Positions 21,152 to 31,806 of a stretch of DNA of 64,000 nucleotides are shown here, one piece after another. The stretch's first letter is position 1. Each line of letters begins with the position of its first letter. Below the pieces are notes generated by a model. The model was not told the origin of the DNA and did not search any database. It was given only the letters and a program-made list of their open reading frames with translations. Origin of the DNA: Candidatus Latescibacterota bacterium (GTDB lineage Bacteria > Latescibacterota > UBA2968 > GCA-2709665); NCBI GenBank assembly GCA_965203805.1, contig OZ241917.1:736001-800000 (forward strand), written 5' to 3'. The translations under genes and the position numbers were made by a program.

Positions 21152-24019
21152 ATGCAGGCCCTGATTTCGGCACTTGAAAGAGAACTGTCCGGCGAAGTCC
21201 GGTTCGATCGGGCGTCGCGGATCCTCTACAGCACTGATGCAAGCATGTATCAGATTGAACCGGTCGGGGTCGTCCTGCCCAGGCATCGGCAGGATGTCCT
21301 GCGGGTCATGCGCCTCGCCGGGGAGTTCGGTGTGCCGGTGCTGCCGCGCGGCGGCGGCACGGCGCTTGCGGGGCAATGCGTGGGCCCGGCGGTAATTATG
21401 GATCTGTCCAAATACATGAATAAAATCCTCGAACTGAACGAGGACGAGGGATGGGTGCGGGTACAACCCGGCGTGGTACTGGACGAATTGAACTCGTTCC
21501 TGAAGCCCCATGGTCTCCAGTTCGCCCCGGATGTGGCTACGAGCAGCCGGGCGACGATCGGGGGAATGATCGGCAACAATTCGGCGGGCGCCCATTCGGT
21601 CATCTACGGGAAGACCATCGACCACGTACTCGAACTCAACGTGGCCCTCGCGGACGGTACGGAAACGCGGTTCACGGACATGTCGGACGAGGAAGTTGCC
21701 GGCAAGACGGAACAGACGGACCTGGAGGGGCGGGCATACAGGGAAGTCGCCCGGCTCGCCCGGCGGCACCGCGCTGAAATCGAACGGAGGTACCCGAAGA
21801 TTCTGAGACGGGTGGGCGGCTATAACCTGGATGAGTTCACGAAACCACAAAGCTTCAATATGTCGCGTATGATCGTGGGATCGGAGGGCACCCTGGCCAC
21901 GGTCCTGGAAGCCAGGCTGCGCGTGATTTCACTTCCGCGCGCCAGGGTACTGGGGGTTGTGCAATTCGAGGATCTGATTGACTCGATGCGGGCGGTCGCG
22001 CCAATTCTCGAAACCGGACCCGCGGCTGTGGAACTGGTGGACCGCATGATTCTGGAGCAGACCAGGGGCTCGATTGCATTGTCCGGGGCGCGCGGGTGGG
22101 TTGAAGGAGACCCCAAAGCCGTACTCGTGGTGGAATATTTCGGCGACTCGTCAGACGAACTGACAACGCGCCTGGATGCGCTCGAGGCCGCCATGTCCCG
22201 GCACGGGCTCGGGTATGGATTCCGGCGGGCCGTGTCGGCCGAGGAACAGGCGAATGTATGGAATGTGCGCCGGTCGGGTCTCGGTTTGCTGATGGGCGTC
22301 AAGGGCGATACGAAACCCGTCGCTTTTGTGGAGGATTCCGCCGTTTCACCCGAAAAGCTTCCGGATTATATCGACGATTTCGAGCGGATTGTGCGCGAGC
22401 ACGATACGACCGCCGGCTATTACGCGCACGCCAGCGTTGGATTGCTGCACATCCGGCCGATGGTGAATCTGAAAACAGCGGCCGGAGTGGCCAAAATGCG
22501 GTCGATCGCAGAGGCCGTGCGCGAACTGGTACTGAGTTATGGCGGTGCGATGAGCGGCGAGCACGGGGACGGCCTCGCCCGCAGTTGCTGGAACGAGAGG
22601 GTATTCGGGTCCACGCTCTACAATGCGTTCCGGGAGATCAAACGTGCGTTCGATCCGCATGGCCTGATGAATCCGGGCAAAATCACAGACGCGCCGTTGA
22701 TGACGGAAAACCTGCGTTTCGGTCCCGCGTACCGTGCTATTGAGCCGCGCACCCACTTCGACTTCTCGGCTGACGGAGGATTTCACCGGGCGGTCGAAAT
22801 GTGCAACGGCGTGGGCGCCTGCCGGAAGAAACTCCACGGGACAATGTGCCCTTCCTACATGGCAACACTTGACGAGGCCCATTCCACACGCGGACGGGCG
22901 AATGCGCTCCGTGCTGCCATTTCGGGCGGACTCGAGGACGGCCTCGCCGACGAACGGGTCTACGAAATCCTGGACCTGTGTCTGGAGTGCAAGGCGTGCA
23001 AGTCGGAGTGCCCGTCCAATGTGGACATGGCCAAGATCAAGTATGAATTCCTCGCACACTATTACGAAACGCGTGGAAGGCCGTTGCGGGAGTGGCTCTT
23101 CGGCAACATCGAAACGCTGAACCGTGCCGGGTGTGCACTGGCGCCACTGTCGAATTGGTTTGCCGACACTTCGATTGCCAGACTTGGGCTGCAGTTCCTG
23201 GGCATCGCGCCGGAACGGGCACTGCCGCGGTTCGCACCCCGGACGTTCACGGATTGGTTTTCGCGGCGAGACAAGCGAACGCGCGAGCGGAAGGTGGTGC
23301 TGTTCAACGACACGTATCTCACGTTCAACGAGCCCGAAATCGGCATTTCCGCCACGCGCTTTCTGGAGGCCGCCGGATATGAGGTGATCCTGCCTGCAAA
23401 GCGGTGTTGCGGAAGGCCGCTCCTGTCCAGCGGAATGATCGGGCAGGTCAAGGAAAATCTGGAATTCAACGTTCGCCACCTCCATGCATACGTCGCGCAG
23501 GGGTATGATATCGTGGGATTCGAACCCAGTTGCGTCTCGATGTTGACGGACGATTACCCCGATCTGAACGCGGATCCCCGCGTCCGGGAGGTGTCGGAGA
23601 GATGTTTTACCCTGGAGTCTTACCTGAGCCGGCTGGCGCAACGGCGGGAGCTCCACGTGACATTTACGGATCTGAAAAAGGAGATCCTCGTCCACGGGCA
23701 TTGCCATCAGAAAGCGCTCTGGGGCATGGCGCCTTCGCTCGAGGTATTGAATCTTCCACCCGGATTCTCGGCATCGGCCATCGATTCGGCCTGCTGCGGA
23801 ATGGCCGGCGCATTCGGTTATCAGGCAGAACACTACGACATCTCGTTGAAAATGGGGGAAGACCGGCTATTGAACGTTGTGGGTCGGGCGGACCCGGAAA
23901 CGGAGATAGCCGCTTCCGGGCTTTCGTGCCGGCAGCAGATCAGCCATGCAACCGGACGGACCGCGCGTCATCCGATACAGATTCTGTGGGAGGCGGTCGC
24001 GCCCGCCGACGAAGCATGA
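21152..24019 (+). CDS. FAD-linked oxidase fused to 4Fe-4S and CCG domains (GlcD/GlcF-like alpha-hydroxy-acid dehydrogenase)
   Basis: YSTDASMY, PRGGGT, GSEGTL, SGEHGDG, CNGVGAC, CLECKACKSECP, CCG repeats. Confidence 0.9.
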   Translation: MQALISALERELSGEVRFDRASRILYSTDASMYQIEPVGVVLPRHRQDVLRVMRLAGEFGVPVLPRGGGTALAGQCVGPAVIMDLSKYMNKILELNEDEGWVRVQPGVVLDELNSFLKPHGLQFAPDVATSSRATIGGMIGNNSAGAHSVIYGKTIDHVLELNVALADGTETRFTDMSDEEVAGKTEQTDLEGRAYREVARLARRHRAEIERRYPKILRRVGGYNLDEFTKPQSFNMSRMIVGSEGTLATVLEARLRVISLPRARVLGVVQFEDLIDSMRAVAPILETGPAAVELVDRMILEQTRGSIALSGARGWVEGDPKAVLVVEYFGDSSDELTTRLDALEAAMSRHGLGYGFRRAVSAEEQANVWNVRRSGLGLLMGVKGDTKPVAFVEDSAVSPEKLPDYIDDFERIVREHDTTAGYYAHASVGLLHIRPMVNLKTAAGVAKMRSIAEAVRELVLSYGGAMSGEHGDGLARSCWNERVFGSTLYNAFREIKRAFDPHGLMNPGKITDAPLMTENLRFGPAYRAIEPRTHFDFSADGGFHRAVEMCNGVGACRKKLHGTMCPSYMATLDEAHSTRGRANALRAAISGGLEDGLADERVYEILDLCLECKACKSECPSNVDMAKIKYEFLAHYYETRGRPLREWLFGNIETLNRAGCALAPLSNWFADTSIARLGLQFLGIAPERALPRFAPRTFTDWFSRRDKRTRERKVVLFNDTYLTFNEPEIGISATRFLEAAGYEVILPAKRCCGRPLLSSGMIGQVKENLEFNVRHLHAYVAQGYDIVGFEPSCVSMLTDDYPDLNADPRVREVSERCFTLESYLSRLAQRRELHVTFTDLKKEILVHGHCHQKALWGMAPSLEVLNLPPGFSASAIDSACCGMAGAFGYQAEHYDISLKMGEDRLLNVVGRADPETEIAASGLSCRQQISHATGRTARHPIQILWEAVAPADEA

Positions 24020-24297
24020 GCTCCCGCCGACGGGTTCATTTACGGGCAACGGGCGTTGTTCAGGGAGTGGGTTTTCGTTTCTTCGTGTGTCGCGTGGCGC
24101 GGCAGCTGGGTCTCGTCGGGTACGTGCGCAATCGCCCCGACGGGAACGTGGAGCTCGAGGCGGAAGGAGAATTCTCCGACGTATCCGCCCTGATCGATGC
24201 TGTCGGCAAGGGGCCGTCAGGCGCTTGTGTACGGAAAACAACGGTACAGGCACAACCGGTTCAGGGATCCGAATCCGAATTTGAGATACGATGGTAG
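24016..24297 (+). CDS. acyP: Acylphosphatase
   Basis: GVVQGVGFR and GYVRN..DG.VE; ATGA overlap with the upstream gene. Confidence 0.92.
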   Translation: MSSRRRVHLRATGVVQGVGFRFFVCRVARQLGLVGYVRNRPDGNVELEAEGEFSDVSALIDAVGKGPSGACVRKTTVQAQPVQGSESEFEIRW

Positions 24298-24312
24298 GGA
24301 GCGGGGTGTATC

Positions 24313-24825
24313 GTGGATCTATTGAGATATATTCGTGAAGTACCCGATTTTCCGAAACCGGGCATCCTGTTCAAGGATATCACGACGCTATTGAAGGAAC
24401 CAGCGGCGCTCGACGCCGTCGTTCGACAGCTTGCGGACCCGTACCGGAATGCGGGCGTGTCACTTGTGGCCGGGATCGAGTCCAGGGGGTTCATCCTCGG
24501 GGCGGCCGTGGCCCGGGATCTGGGTGCGGGATTCGTGCCCATTCGAAAATCCGGAAAGTTGCCCGCAGAGACGGCTTCGGTGAGTTATGAACTTGAATAC
24601 GGCGCCGACAGCATTGAAATTCATACCGACGCGATCGTTCCCGGTCAGCGCGTACTCCTCCTGGACGATCTGCTGGCGACCGGCGGCACCATGGAGGCCG
24701 CGGTCAGACTCGTGAAGGGACTCCGCGCCCGGGTTGTGGGTATCGCATTTCTGATCGAATTGACCGCGCTCGACGGGCGCTCCAGATTGCCGGGGGAAAA
24801 CGTGATGGCGCTGGTTGCCGGTTAA
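24313..24825 (+). CDS. apt: Adenine phosphoribosyltransferase
   Basis: PDFPKPGILFKDITTLL, ESRGF, RK.GKLP, LEYG, DDLLATGGT. Confidence 0.96.
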   Translation: MDLLRYIREVPDFPKPGILFKDITTLLKEPAALDAVVRQLADPYRNAGVSLVAGIESRGFILGAAVARDLGAGFVPIRKSGKLPAETASVSYELEYGADSIEIHTDAIVPGQRVLLLDDLLATGGTMEAAVRLVKGLRARVVGIAFLIELTALDGRSRLPGENVMALVAG

Positions 24826-24931
24826 CCTCGGGAAGCGACTTGCGGGCATACGTCCGCCGGCAACTCGCCGCTGATATCTTACGCTGTTCGAAACGAAAAA
24901 ATCGCCGATAGTGCCCGCCTTTCCGGTCTAT

Positions 24932-25004
24932 GCCCCTGTAGCTCAGAGGATAGAGTAGCGGATTCCTAATCCGTTGGTCGCAGGTTCGAGTCCTGCCAGG
25001 GGCA
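24932..25004 (+). tRNA. tRNA-Arg(CCT)
   Basis: GCCCCTGTAGCTCAG...GCGGA-TTCCTAA-TCCGT...GGTTCGAGTCC...CAGGGGCA; CCA not encoded. Confidence 0.95.
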
Positions 25005-25231
25005 TTGTATACATTCGGAACGGGCGCGGGCGTCCGCCCCGCAGACAGGATATCATCGGGTCAAACCTCATGGGACGTTGCGTTTCCGTGCCCCGCAGGC
25101 CCGAATAAACGAACTTCAATCGCTCCGTCCGGCGTCGGTTGCAGCGTCGAATTCCACCCCTGAGCCATTCGACGGGCGCGCCGAACCGCGTTTCACGTGG
25201 GCATTACATTTTTCACCTGGACTTGGCCGTT

Positions 25232-25672
25232 GTGGGCTTTCAGATCAACGAGGCGTTGCTGTTACATTACCCACGTGAACACGTGTTCGGGTTCTTTTCC
25301 GACGCCGGAAATCTGGACCGGCTCACTCCGCCATGGCTCGGGTTTTCAATAAGGAGCAAGCTGCCGATCGAATTGGCACAGGGGACGGTCATCAGATACG
25401 GGATCAGGATTCGGGGCGTGCCCATGAATTGGGAAAGCGAGATTACCGATTGGCGGCCGCCGTTCGAATTCTGCGACGTCCAGCGGAAGGGGCCGTACCG
25501 TTACTGGATCCATCGGCATATATTCGAAGAAGCGCAAGGCGGCACCTTGGTGACCGACAGGGTCGATTACGCCGTATACGGGGGCGCACTGGTGAATCGT
25601 CTGTTCGTAGCACGCGACCTGATGAAGATTTTCGAGTACCGAAAGGCGAAGCTGATCGAGCAGTTTCCCTGA
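25232..25672 (+). CDS. SRPBCC family protein
   Basis: VF.FFSDA.NL..LTPP, W.SEIT.W.PP..F.D.Q.KGPY..W.H.H.F; start uncertain. Confidence 0.85.
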   Translation: MGFQINEALLLHYPREHVFGFFSDAGNLDRLTPPWLGFSIRSKLPIELAQGTVIRYGIRIRGVPMNWESEITDWRPPFEFCDVQRKGPYRYWIHRHIFEEAQGGTLVTDRVDYAVYGGALVNRLFVARDLMKIFEYRKAKLIEQFP

Positions 25673-25712
25673 GACACATACGCGCGCGTACGGTCCGGAA
25701 AAACAGCCCGGG

Positions 25713-26795
25713 ATGAACGCCGGCGCGGCCGCGGGACGAATGCAGAAAATGGCGCGAATCAGGTCGGTCAGAGCAATTCAGCCGGCATCAGCCGGGAGCC
25801 CGAACGACTGGCGGACATCGATGGGTCAGATCGCGGTCGGCGTTCAGACGGACGACGGTTTGACGGGCTATGGCGCCGGCGGCGGGGGTGCGGCGGGCGT
25901 TCACGTTGTTGAGACCGAACTTCGCAGGATTCTGGTCGGCAGCGACGCGTCCCGGGTCGAAGATCTGTGGGACGAAATGTATCGGGCGACAAGGCCCTTC
26001 GGGCGCAAGGGCATCGCGGTGATGGCCATCAGCGGCGTGGACCTTGCGCTGTGGGATTTGAGAGGAAAACGCGAAGCCAAGCCGGTCGTTGAACTGATTT
26101 CCGGCGTCAGCGCGCCTGCCAGGACAGTTCCCTGCTACATGACGGGCTTCTCGATCGACGAGATTATCCGTAACGGCGCCAGGGGGTTTCGAGCGCTCAA
26201 GTTTCACGCCGGGTTCGTCCGGAATCAGAACGTCGCCGACGTCGCCGCACCGATTCGACGCGTACGGGACGCCCTCGGACCCGATGTATGCCTGATGGCG
26301 GACGCGGCGATGAATCTGGACGTTGAATCGGCGCTGCGACTGGCAGACGCCCTGCAGGGATGCAAACTTGAATGGCTCGAGGAACCGCTTCCGCCGGAGG
26401 ATCTGGAAGGGTATCGGAAACTGCGCGATCAGAGTCCGATACCCATCGCGGGCGGAGAGCATGAATTCACGGCAGACGGTTTTGACGTTCTGATGAGGGA
26501 ACGTCTGCACGCAATCGTACAACCGGACGCCACGTGGTGCGGCGGCCTTACGGAATTGCTGAAGATCTATGAAATGGGCGAAAAATACGGGATTCGGGTC
26601 TGTCCGCATCGTGGCAGCGAAATCTGGGCGCTGCACGCGATCTCGTCCCTGGATCCCCATCCGTTGGCCGAGTCGGGAAGACCGTGGATTGACTGGGTGA
26701 ACGGGCAACCCGAAATCTCAGGTGGCAGTGTCTCTATCGGCAACGCACCCGGCTTCGGGGTGCGGCTTCCCGTTCCTGGTGGGCAAAAGGGTTGA
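25713..26795 (+). CDS. Mandelate racemase/muconate lactonising enolase family (acid-sugar dehydratase-like)
   Basis: AISGVDLALWDL.GK, MADA, WLEEP, GGEHE, QPD, PH. Confidence 0.88.
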   Translation: MNAGAAAGRMQKMARIRSVRAIQPASAGSPNDWRTSMGQIAVGVQTDDGLTGYGAGGGGAAGVHVVETELRRILVGSDASRVEDLWDEMYRATRPFGRKGIAVMAISGVDLALWDLRGKREAKPVVELISGVSAPARTVPCYMTGFSIDEIIRNGARGFRALKFHAGFVRNQNVADVAAPIRRVRDALGPDVCLMADAAMNLDVESALRLADALQGCKLEWLEEPLPPEDLEGYRKLRDQSPIPIAGGEHEFTADGFDVLMRERLHAIVQPDATWCGGLTELLKIYEMGEKYGIRVCPHRGSEIWALHAISSLDPHPLAESGRPWIDWVNGQPEISGGSVSIGNAPGFGVRLPVPGGQKG

Positions 26796-26820
26796 CATCG
26801 AAGCGGGAATGCCATACTAT
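26792..26820 (+). promoter_or_regulatory. Sigma-70-like promoter
   Basis: TTGACA-17 nt-TACTAT overlapping the enolase stop codon. Confidence 0.65.
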
Positions 26821-26941
26821 TTGGTGGCGTTGCCGGCTCTGATTGGACGCGCTTTCGTGAGTGCAGGGGACATGCTCAACTCGCGGCCGGGACGCCCCGT
26901 GGGCGCATCCCCCCATGTTCCGAGATTTCGGGAGAGACGTG

Positions 26942-27289
26942 ATGTCTCCTGACCGTGACGAATATCTGGAAGACGATCGGATATTGGCGCTTCTCGAAGA
27001 TCCGGTCGATGCCGAGGCGTTTACGAACCTGATGGAACACGCGCACCAGAGGGGCATGAGCGCCGCGGATTTTGTCCGCGAAGTACCGGAACGCACGTCC
27101 CGAAAGGCCATTCGGAGGCTGTGCCTGAAAGACAGGAAACGAACGTTGCGCGCAAGATTGTCGTCCTTCGCCCGGAATCTGTGGGCGCGCCCCGCCGAGG
27201 ATCCGGAGACCGGATACATACAGACACTCTACCCGCCACGAGACGGGCCGCCGATGCCCGGCGGAAACGGACAGAAGCCCAAACAATGA
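26942..27289 (+). CDS. Hypothetical protein
   Basis: GGGAGAG RBS, promoter upstream, ATGA coupling to the next ORF. Confidence 0.55.
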   Translation: MSPDRDEYLEDDRILALLEDPVDAEAFTNLMEHAHQRGMSAADFVREVPERTSRKAIRRLCLKDRKRTLRARLSSFARNLWARPAEDPETGYIQTLYPPRDGPPMPGGNGQKPKQ

Positions 27290-27468
27290 CGCGGGAAAAG
27301 CGACAGGCGCTGCAGGTGCATATTCACGAATTGGAAGAACTGGTCGAAGCCATGCTTGTACATGCGCGGTCCGGAAATCAGGAGGCCAGAGAACGGCTGG
27401 TTCACGTGCATCGAGAGGTGATGAATAAACGGCATCGTCTAAAGGATCTGTCCAGGCAGGACGGCTGA
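27286..27468 (+). CDS. Small hypothetical helical protein (60 aa)
   Basis: ATGA overlap; coiled-coil-like MTREKRQALQVHIHELEELVEAML. Confidence 0.5.
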   Translation: MTREKRQALQVHIHELEELVEAMLVHARSGNQEARERLVHVHREVMNKRHRLKDLSRQDG

Positions 27469-27563
27469 GGCAGGGATTCATCAGGCGGAATATGGCGGGT
27501 GGGCTCACGGGCCAATCCGGGAGGTATACCCCATGTTTCGCTCTTTTTATATGAGGGTCGGAA

Positions 27564-27986
27564 GTGCGTGTACTTGCGGTTGACTACGGCACGAGGCGCG
27601 TGGGCATGGCCGTTTCAGACGAACTCGGTGTGGTCGCGCGTGGGTTGCCAACGGTGAATGCGGGCGCACGGAACTCGGCGGTGCAATCGGTCGCGAAGGC
27701 GGCCTCAGACGTCGGAGCGGCCGCGCTGCTCGTCGGTCTGCCGCTCAATATGGACGGGAGCCGGGGGCCGATGGCTGAAGCTGCCGAAGCGTTCGCCTCC
27801 GAACTGAATCGAATAACGGGCTTGCCCGTTCGGCTCTGGGACGAGCGGCTGACCACGGTTGCCGCGCGTCGTGCGATCCGCGAGACAGGGTCGAGGCAGG
27901 GGGGAAAAAAGGGCACGGTGGATCGAATGGCGGCGGTCCTGCTGCTGAATAACTATCTGCAAGCGCAGGATTCAGAGATAACCTGA
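27564..27986 (+). CDS. ruvX: RuvX/YqgF Holliday-junction-resolvase-like pre-16S rRNA nuclease
   Basis: LAVDYGTRRVGMAVSD, VGLPLNMDG, WDERLTT, VDRMAA. Confidence 0.95.
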   Translation: MRVLAVDYGTRRVGMAVSDELGVVARGLPTVNAGARNSAVQSVAKAASDVGAAALLVGLPLNMDGSRGPMAEAAEAFASELNRITGLPVRLWDERLTTVAARRAIRETGSRQGGKKGTVDRMAAVLLLNNYLQAQDSEIT

Positions 27987-28009
27987 CACAATTCAATGGG
28001 AGAAACAAC

Positions 28010-29077
28010 GTGGTGCCGGTCGGTCCGGACGGCCGTCGATCCTGGATGTCTCACAACCTCGGATCGGCGATCGTCCGTTCAATTATCGCGCTCGCGTGCA
28101 TTGGCGCCGTGGGCTTCGTACTGCTGGTCCTGACTTTGAACCGGCCCACGGGGTGGGGACCTGGAGACGTCGTCATTCAGAAGGGCATGTCGGTCGAACA
28201 AATCGGCGGGTTTTTGCATAAGGAGGGCGTCATCAGGAGTCCGCGGCTGTTCATTCTGTTTTCCCTCGTCAACCGTAACAGCAGAAACCTCAAAGCCGGA
28301 ATTCACCATTTCCCGGACGGCATGGACACCTGGGAAATCTTGCAGGAGCTTACGGTGTCCAAAGCCGAATTCCACGAGGTGACCATACCGGAAGGGAGGA
28401 CACTCCTCCAGACGCTAAAGCGCCTTGCGGCAACAGCAGACCTCGACGAGCGCGAGTTAAGGCGAATCGCAACCGACCCCGGGTTCTGTCGCCGGCTGGG
28501 TGTCGATGCGGACAATCTCGAGGGCTACCTCTTTCCCGAAACCTATCGGCTTTCGCCGACGATGGACGAAGAACAGGTCATCCGGATGCTGATCGCGCAG
28601 TTCTTCGCGGTCTTCAACGGAAGACTGAATGAGCGCGCGCAGGAAATCGGAATGTCGGTGCATGAAGTTGTCACGCTGGCCTCAATTATCGAAGGCGAGG
28701 CACAACTGGATGCAGAACGATCGACAATCTCGGCGGTGTATCACAACCGGCTCAAGCAAGGGATGTACCTCCAGGCCGACCCCACGATTCAATACGCCAT
28801 CGAAGGGGGCCCGCGCAGGTTGTTTTACAGAGATTACAAGATTGACTCCCCCTACAATACCTATCGGCACAGAGGGCTTCCGCCGGGCCCCGTAATGAAT
28901 CCGGGGGCGGCGTCGCTGACGGCGGCGCTGTTCCCGGCGAACGTGGACTACCTCTATTTTGTGGCGAGAGGCGACGGATCGCACGTGTTCAGCAGGACCT
29001 CCCGGGAACACGACCAGGCGAAGCACAAGACAAGGCGCGCCAGAAGACGCAATTGGAAGCGGTTAGAGACGCCTTGA
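28010..29077 (+). CDS. mltG: Endolytic transglycosylase MltG
   Basis: TIPEG, LEGYLFPETY, LASIIEGE, LQADPT, SPYNTY...GLPPGP, YLYFVA. Confidence 0.95.
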   Translation: MVPVGPDGRRSWMSHNLGSAIVRSIIALACIGAVGFVLLVLTLNRPTGWGPGDVVIQKGMSVEQIGGFLHKEGVIRSPRLFILFSLVNRNSRNLKAGIHHFPDGMDTWEILQELTVSKAEFHEVTIPEGRTLLQTLKRLAATADLDERELRRIATDPGFCRRLGVDADNLEGYLFPETYRLSPTMDEEQVIRMLIAQFFAVFNGRLNERAQEIGMSVHEVVTLASIIEGEAQLDAERSTISAVYHNRLKQGMYLQADPTIQYAIEGGPRRLFYRDYKIDSPYNTYRHRGLPPGPVMNPGAASLTAALFPANVDYLYFVARGDGSHVFSRTSREHDQAKHKTRRARRRNWKRLETP

Positions 29078-29094
29078 AACAGGAAAGCAAGGGT

Positions 29095-31329
29095 ATGCAA
29101 GCCATTCTGGAGGGGTTGAACGAACAGCAGAAAGAAGCGGTGAGCGTGGTGGATCGCCCGGTTCTCGTCCTGGCGGGGGCCGGGTCCGGAAAAACGCGCG
29201 TGCTGACCCACCGACTTGCGTACCTGATCGAGGTCTGCGGCGTGAGCCCGGGCGCAATCGTGGCCATGACGTTCACCAACAAAGCAGCGGGGGAGATGAA
29301 CGGCCGCGTCGAGGAACTGTTGAACCGAAACACCCGGAGCATGTGGCTCGGAACCTTCCACTCCCTGTGCGCGCGCATTTTGAGGAGGGAGTCCGCGGCG
29401 GCAGGCCTCGACGCCGATTTCTCCATCTACGATGCCGACGATCAGCTTGCGCTGATGCGGCAGGTACTCCGGGATCAGGAGATCTCGGAGCGGCAGTTCC
29501 CACCACGGCAGGTTCGGGCGCGCATCAGTTCCGAGAAAAGCCGGATGGTCGATCCGGCTGCCTTTGCGAAGCGTGCGGGGAACTATTACGAGCAACAGGT
29601 CGCCCGGATATATCGGCAGTACCAATCGGCCCTGCAACGGAACAATGCAGTAGATTTCGACGATCTGCTCATGCTGACGGTAAAGGTTTTCAGGGAAGTT
29701 CCGGAGGTCCTGGCAAAGTACCAGGAACGGTTCACGCACGTCTTGATCGACGAGTACCAGGATACCAACCGGCCGCAATACCTTTTCGCGCGTCTGCTTG
29801 CGGAAGGACACGGACGCATCTTCGTGGTCGGGGACGACGACCAGAGCATTTATGGGTGGCGCGGCGCGGACCTGGGGAATATCCTGAATTTCGAGAAGGA
29901 TTTTCCCGATGCGTATGTCATCCGCCTCGAACAGAACTATCGTTCGTCTCAGGTGATTCTGGATGCGGGAAACGCGGTGATTCGCAACAACGTCGGACGC
30001 AAGGGGAAGAAACTCTGGACGGATCGTGACGGCGGGGATCTGATTCAGGTTTCGAGTTGCGCGGATGAATCGGACGAGGCCCGATGGATCGCTCATGAAT
30101 TGAAGCGTCTGAGAACGCAATACAGCTACAATCAGGTCGCTGTATTGTATCGTACGAACGCGCAGTCCCGCGCGCTGGAAGACGGACTGAGGTTCCAGGC
30201 GATCCCGTATGTGATCGTGGGCGGCGTTCGCTTTTACGATCGACTGGAAGTCAAGGACGTGCTTGCGTACCTGAGGCTGATCGTGAATCCCGGTGACTCA
30301 ATCAGCTTCTACCGGATAGTCAATACCCCGCGCCGCGGGATCGGCCGAACCTCACTTGAAAAGCTTGAGTCCTTTGCAACGGGCGAGGGCATGACGCCTT
30401 ATGAGGCATTGTCTCACGCCAACAGCGTTGACGGCCTCACCGCCCGCGCGAGACGTGCGATGAGTGAGTTTCACGGCCTGATCGATGGATTCCGGCGCCG
30501 TCTGGAGGAAGAGCCCGCCCACCTGCTTGCAGCCCGCGTCGTCCGGGAAACCGGATATCTGCAGACACTGGATGACTTGACGCCGGCCGAGAATGTCTCC
30601 CGCACGGAGAATGTGCAGGAACTGCTGGCGGCCATCGAGGAATTCGCACAGCGATCCGACGTGCCTTCATTATCGGCATTTCTGCGGGAAGTCGCGCTGA
30701 TCACCGACGTCGACCAGTGGCGCGACGAGGCCGAGGCCGTGACGTTGATGACGCTGCACAGCGCCAAGGGCCTCGAGTTTCCCGCGGTCTTCATTGCGGG
30801 CCTGGAAGAGGGCCTGTTCCCTATCCTCAGGGATCAGGACGATCCGGTTGCCGAAGCGGCGGCCGTGGAGGAGGAGCGGCGGTTGTTCTACGTGGGGGTG
30901 ACGCGGGCGCAGGACCGGCTCCACCTGACCCATGCCGCTCACCGCCGGCGGTACGGTGGCTCACCGGTCAATGCCGAATCCAGATTCCTGCGGGAGATTC
31001 CCGGCAATCTGATCGATCGCGGCCTTGCCTTCAAGAAGGACGTTTCTCCGCCCGACAGCGTGGAAAAAACCACCGCCGGCGCTCCCGTTCCAAGGAGAGC
31101 GGGCGCCGCCGTTCGAAAGGATCCTCCAACATCCGAGCCGATGAGCAAGTCGAATGACGGCGAACCGTTCCCGATGGAAGCGGGTACCGCCATTATCCAT
31201 CCTACGTTGGGGCGGGGGCGTATTCTGGATCGGACCGGAAGCGGTCCTGATACGAAACTCACGGTAACCTTTCAGAATGGTTCCACGAAAAAGCTGGTTG
31301 TCCGTTTTGCCCGTCTTCGACCCGGGTGA
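29095..31329 (+). CDS. pcrA: UvrD/PcrA superfamily 1 DNA helicase
   Basis: LAGAGSGKT, TFTNKAA, DEYQD, VGDDDQSIYGWRGA, LEQNYRS, TLHSAKGLEF, EERRLFYV; C-terminal Tudor-like domain. Confidence 0.95.
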   Translation: MQAILEGLNEQQKEAVSVVDRPVLVLAGAGSGKTRVLTHRLAYLIEVCGVSPGAIVAMTFTNKAAGEMNGRVEELLNRNTRSMWLGTFHSLCARILRRESAAAGLDADFSIYDADDQLALMRQVLRDQEISERQFPPRQVRARISSEKSRMVDPAAFAKRAGNYYEQQVARIYRQYQSALQRNNAVDFDDLLMLTVKVFREVPEVLAKYQERFTHVLIDEYQDTNRPQYLFARLLAEGHGRIFVVGDDDQSIYGWRGADLGNILNFEKDFPDAYVIRLEQNYRSSQVILDAGNAVIRNNVGRKGKKLWTDRDGGDLIQVSSCADESDEARWIAHELKRLRTQYSYNQVAVLYRTNAQSRALEDGLRFQAIPYVIVGGVRFYDRLEVKDVLAYLRLIVNPGDSISFYRIVNTPRRGIGRTSLEKLESFATGEGMTPYEALSHANSVDGLTARARRAMSEFHGLIDGFRRRLEEEPAHLLAARVVRETGYLQTLDDLTPAENVSRTENVQELLAAIEEFAQRSDVPSLSAFLREVALITDVDQWRDEAEAVTLMTLHSAKGLEFPAVFIAGLEEGLFPILRDQDDPVAEAAAVEEERRLFYVGVTRAQDRLHLTHAAHRRRYGGSPVNAESRFLREIPGNLIDRGLAFKKDVSPPDSVEKTTAGAPVPRRAGAAVRKDPPTSEPMSKSNDGEPFPMEAGTAIIHPTLGRGRILDRTGSGPDTKLTVTFQNGSTKKLVVRFARLRPG

Positions 31330-31461
31330 TCCGAAGCCGTACGAACATCCGGCTGTTCGCCTCCATCGCCAGAATCCTCTTGATTTCGAGGTAAATTTGC
31401 CACATATTACAATCGCAGTGAAGGCCGGATATAACGCCATTCCATTTCCATGGGATTGTTG

Positions 31462-31749
31462 ATGTCGGTTACGCTGGAAGACGTCCGAAAGGTGGCGCAA
31501 CTTGCACGGCTGAGGTTCGACAGGGAAGAGGAAAAACGGCTGGTTGTCGACCTGAATCAAATGCTGGATTATGCGACCGCCCTCGAAAATCTGAATACCT
31601 GCGGCGTTTCGCCCACGTCGCACGTACTGCCTGTAAACAACGTGTTTCGAGAGGATATTCCCGTTCCCTGTCTTTCACAGACGGAGGCCCTGTCGAATGC
31701 GCCCAGTTCCGGCCACGGCCATTTCAGGGTTCCCAAAGTTATCGACTGA
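31462..31749 (+). CDS. gatC: Asp/Glu-tRNA amidotransferase subunit C
   Basis: V.KVAQLARL, V.PTSH, NVFRED, NAP, F.VPKVI. Confidence 0.93.
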   Translation: MSVTLEDVRKVAQLARLRFDREEEKRLVVDLNQMLDYATALENLNTCGVSPTSHVLPVNNVFREDIPVPCLSQTEALSNAPSSGHGHFRVPKVID

Positions 31750-31806
31750 CTCCCGGCGGTGGTTATATCTACACCGCCGTTTTTTGTAATGTGTGTGGAG
31801 GAGCGG

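Noticed and set aside
4255-25004. Genomic island or prophage bounded by the two tRNAs
   Set aside because: No integrase, phage genes or duplicated tRNA 3' end was seen, and housekeeping genes (apt, acyP) lie inside.
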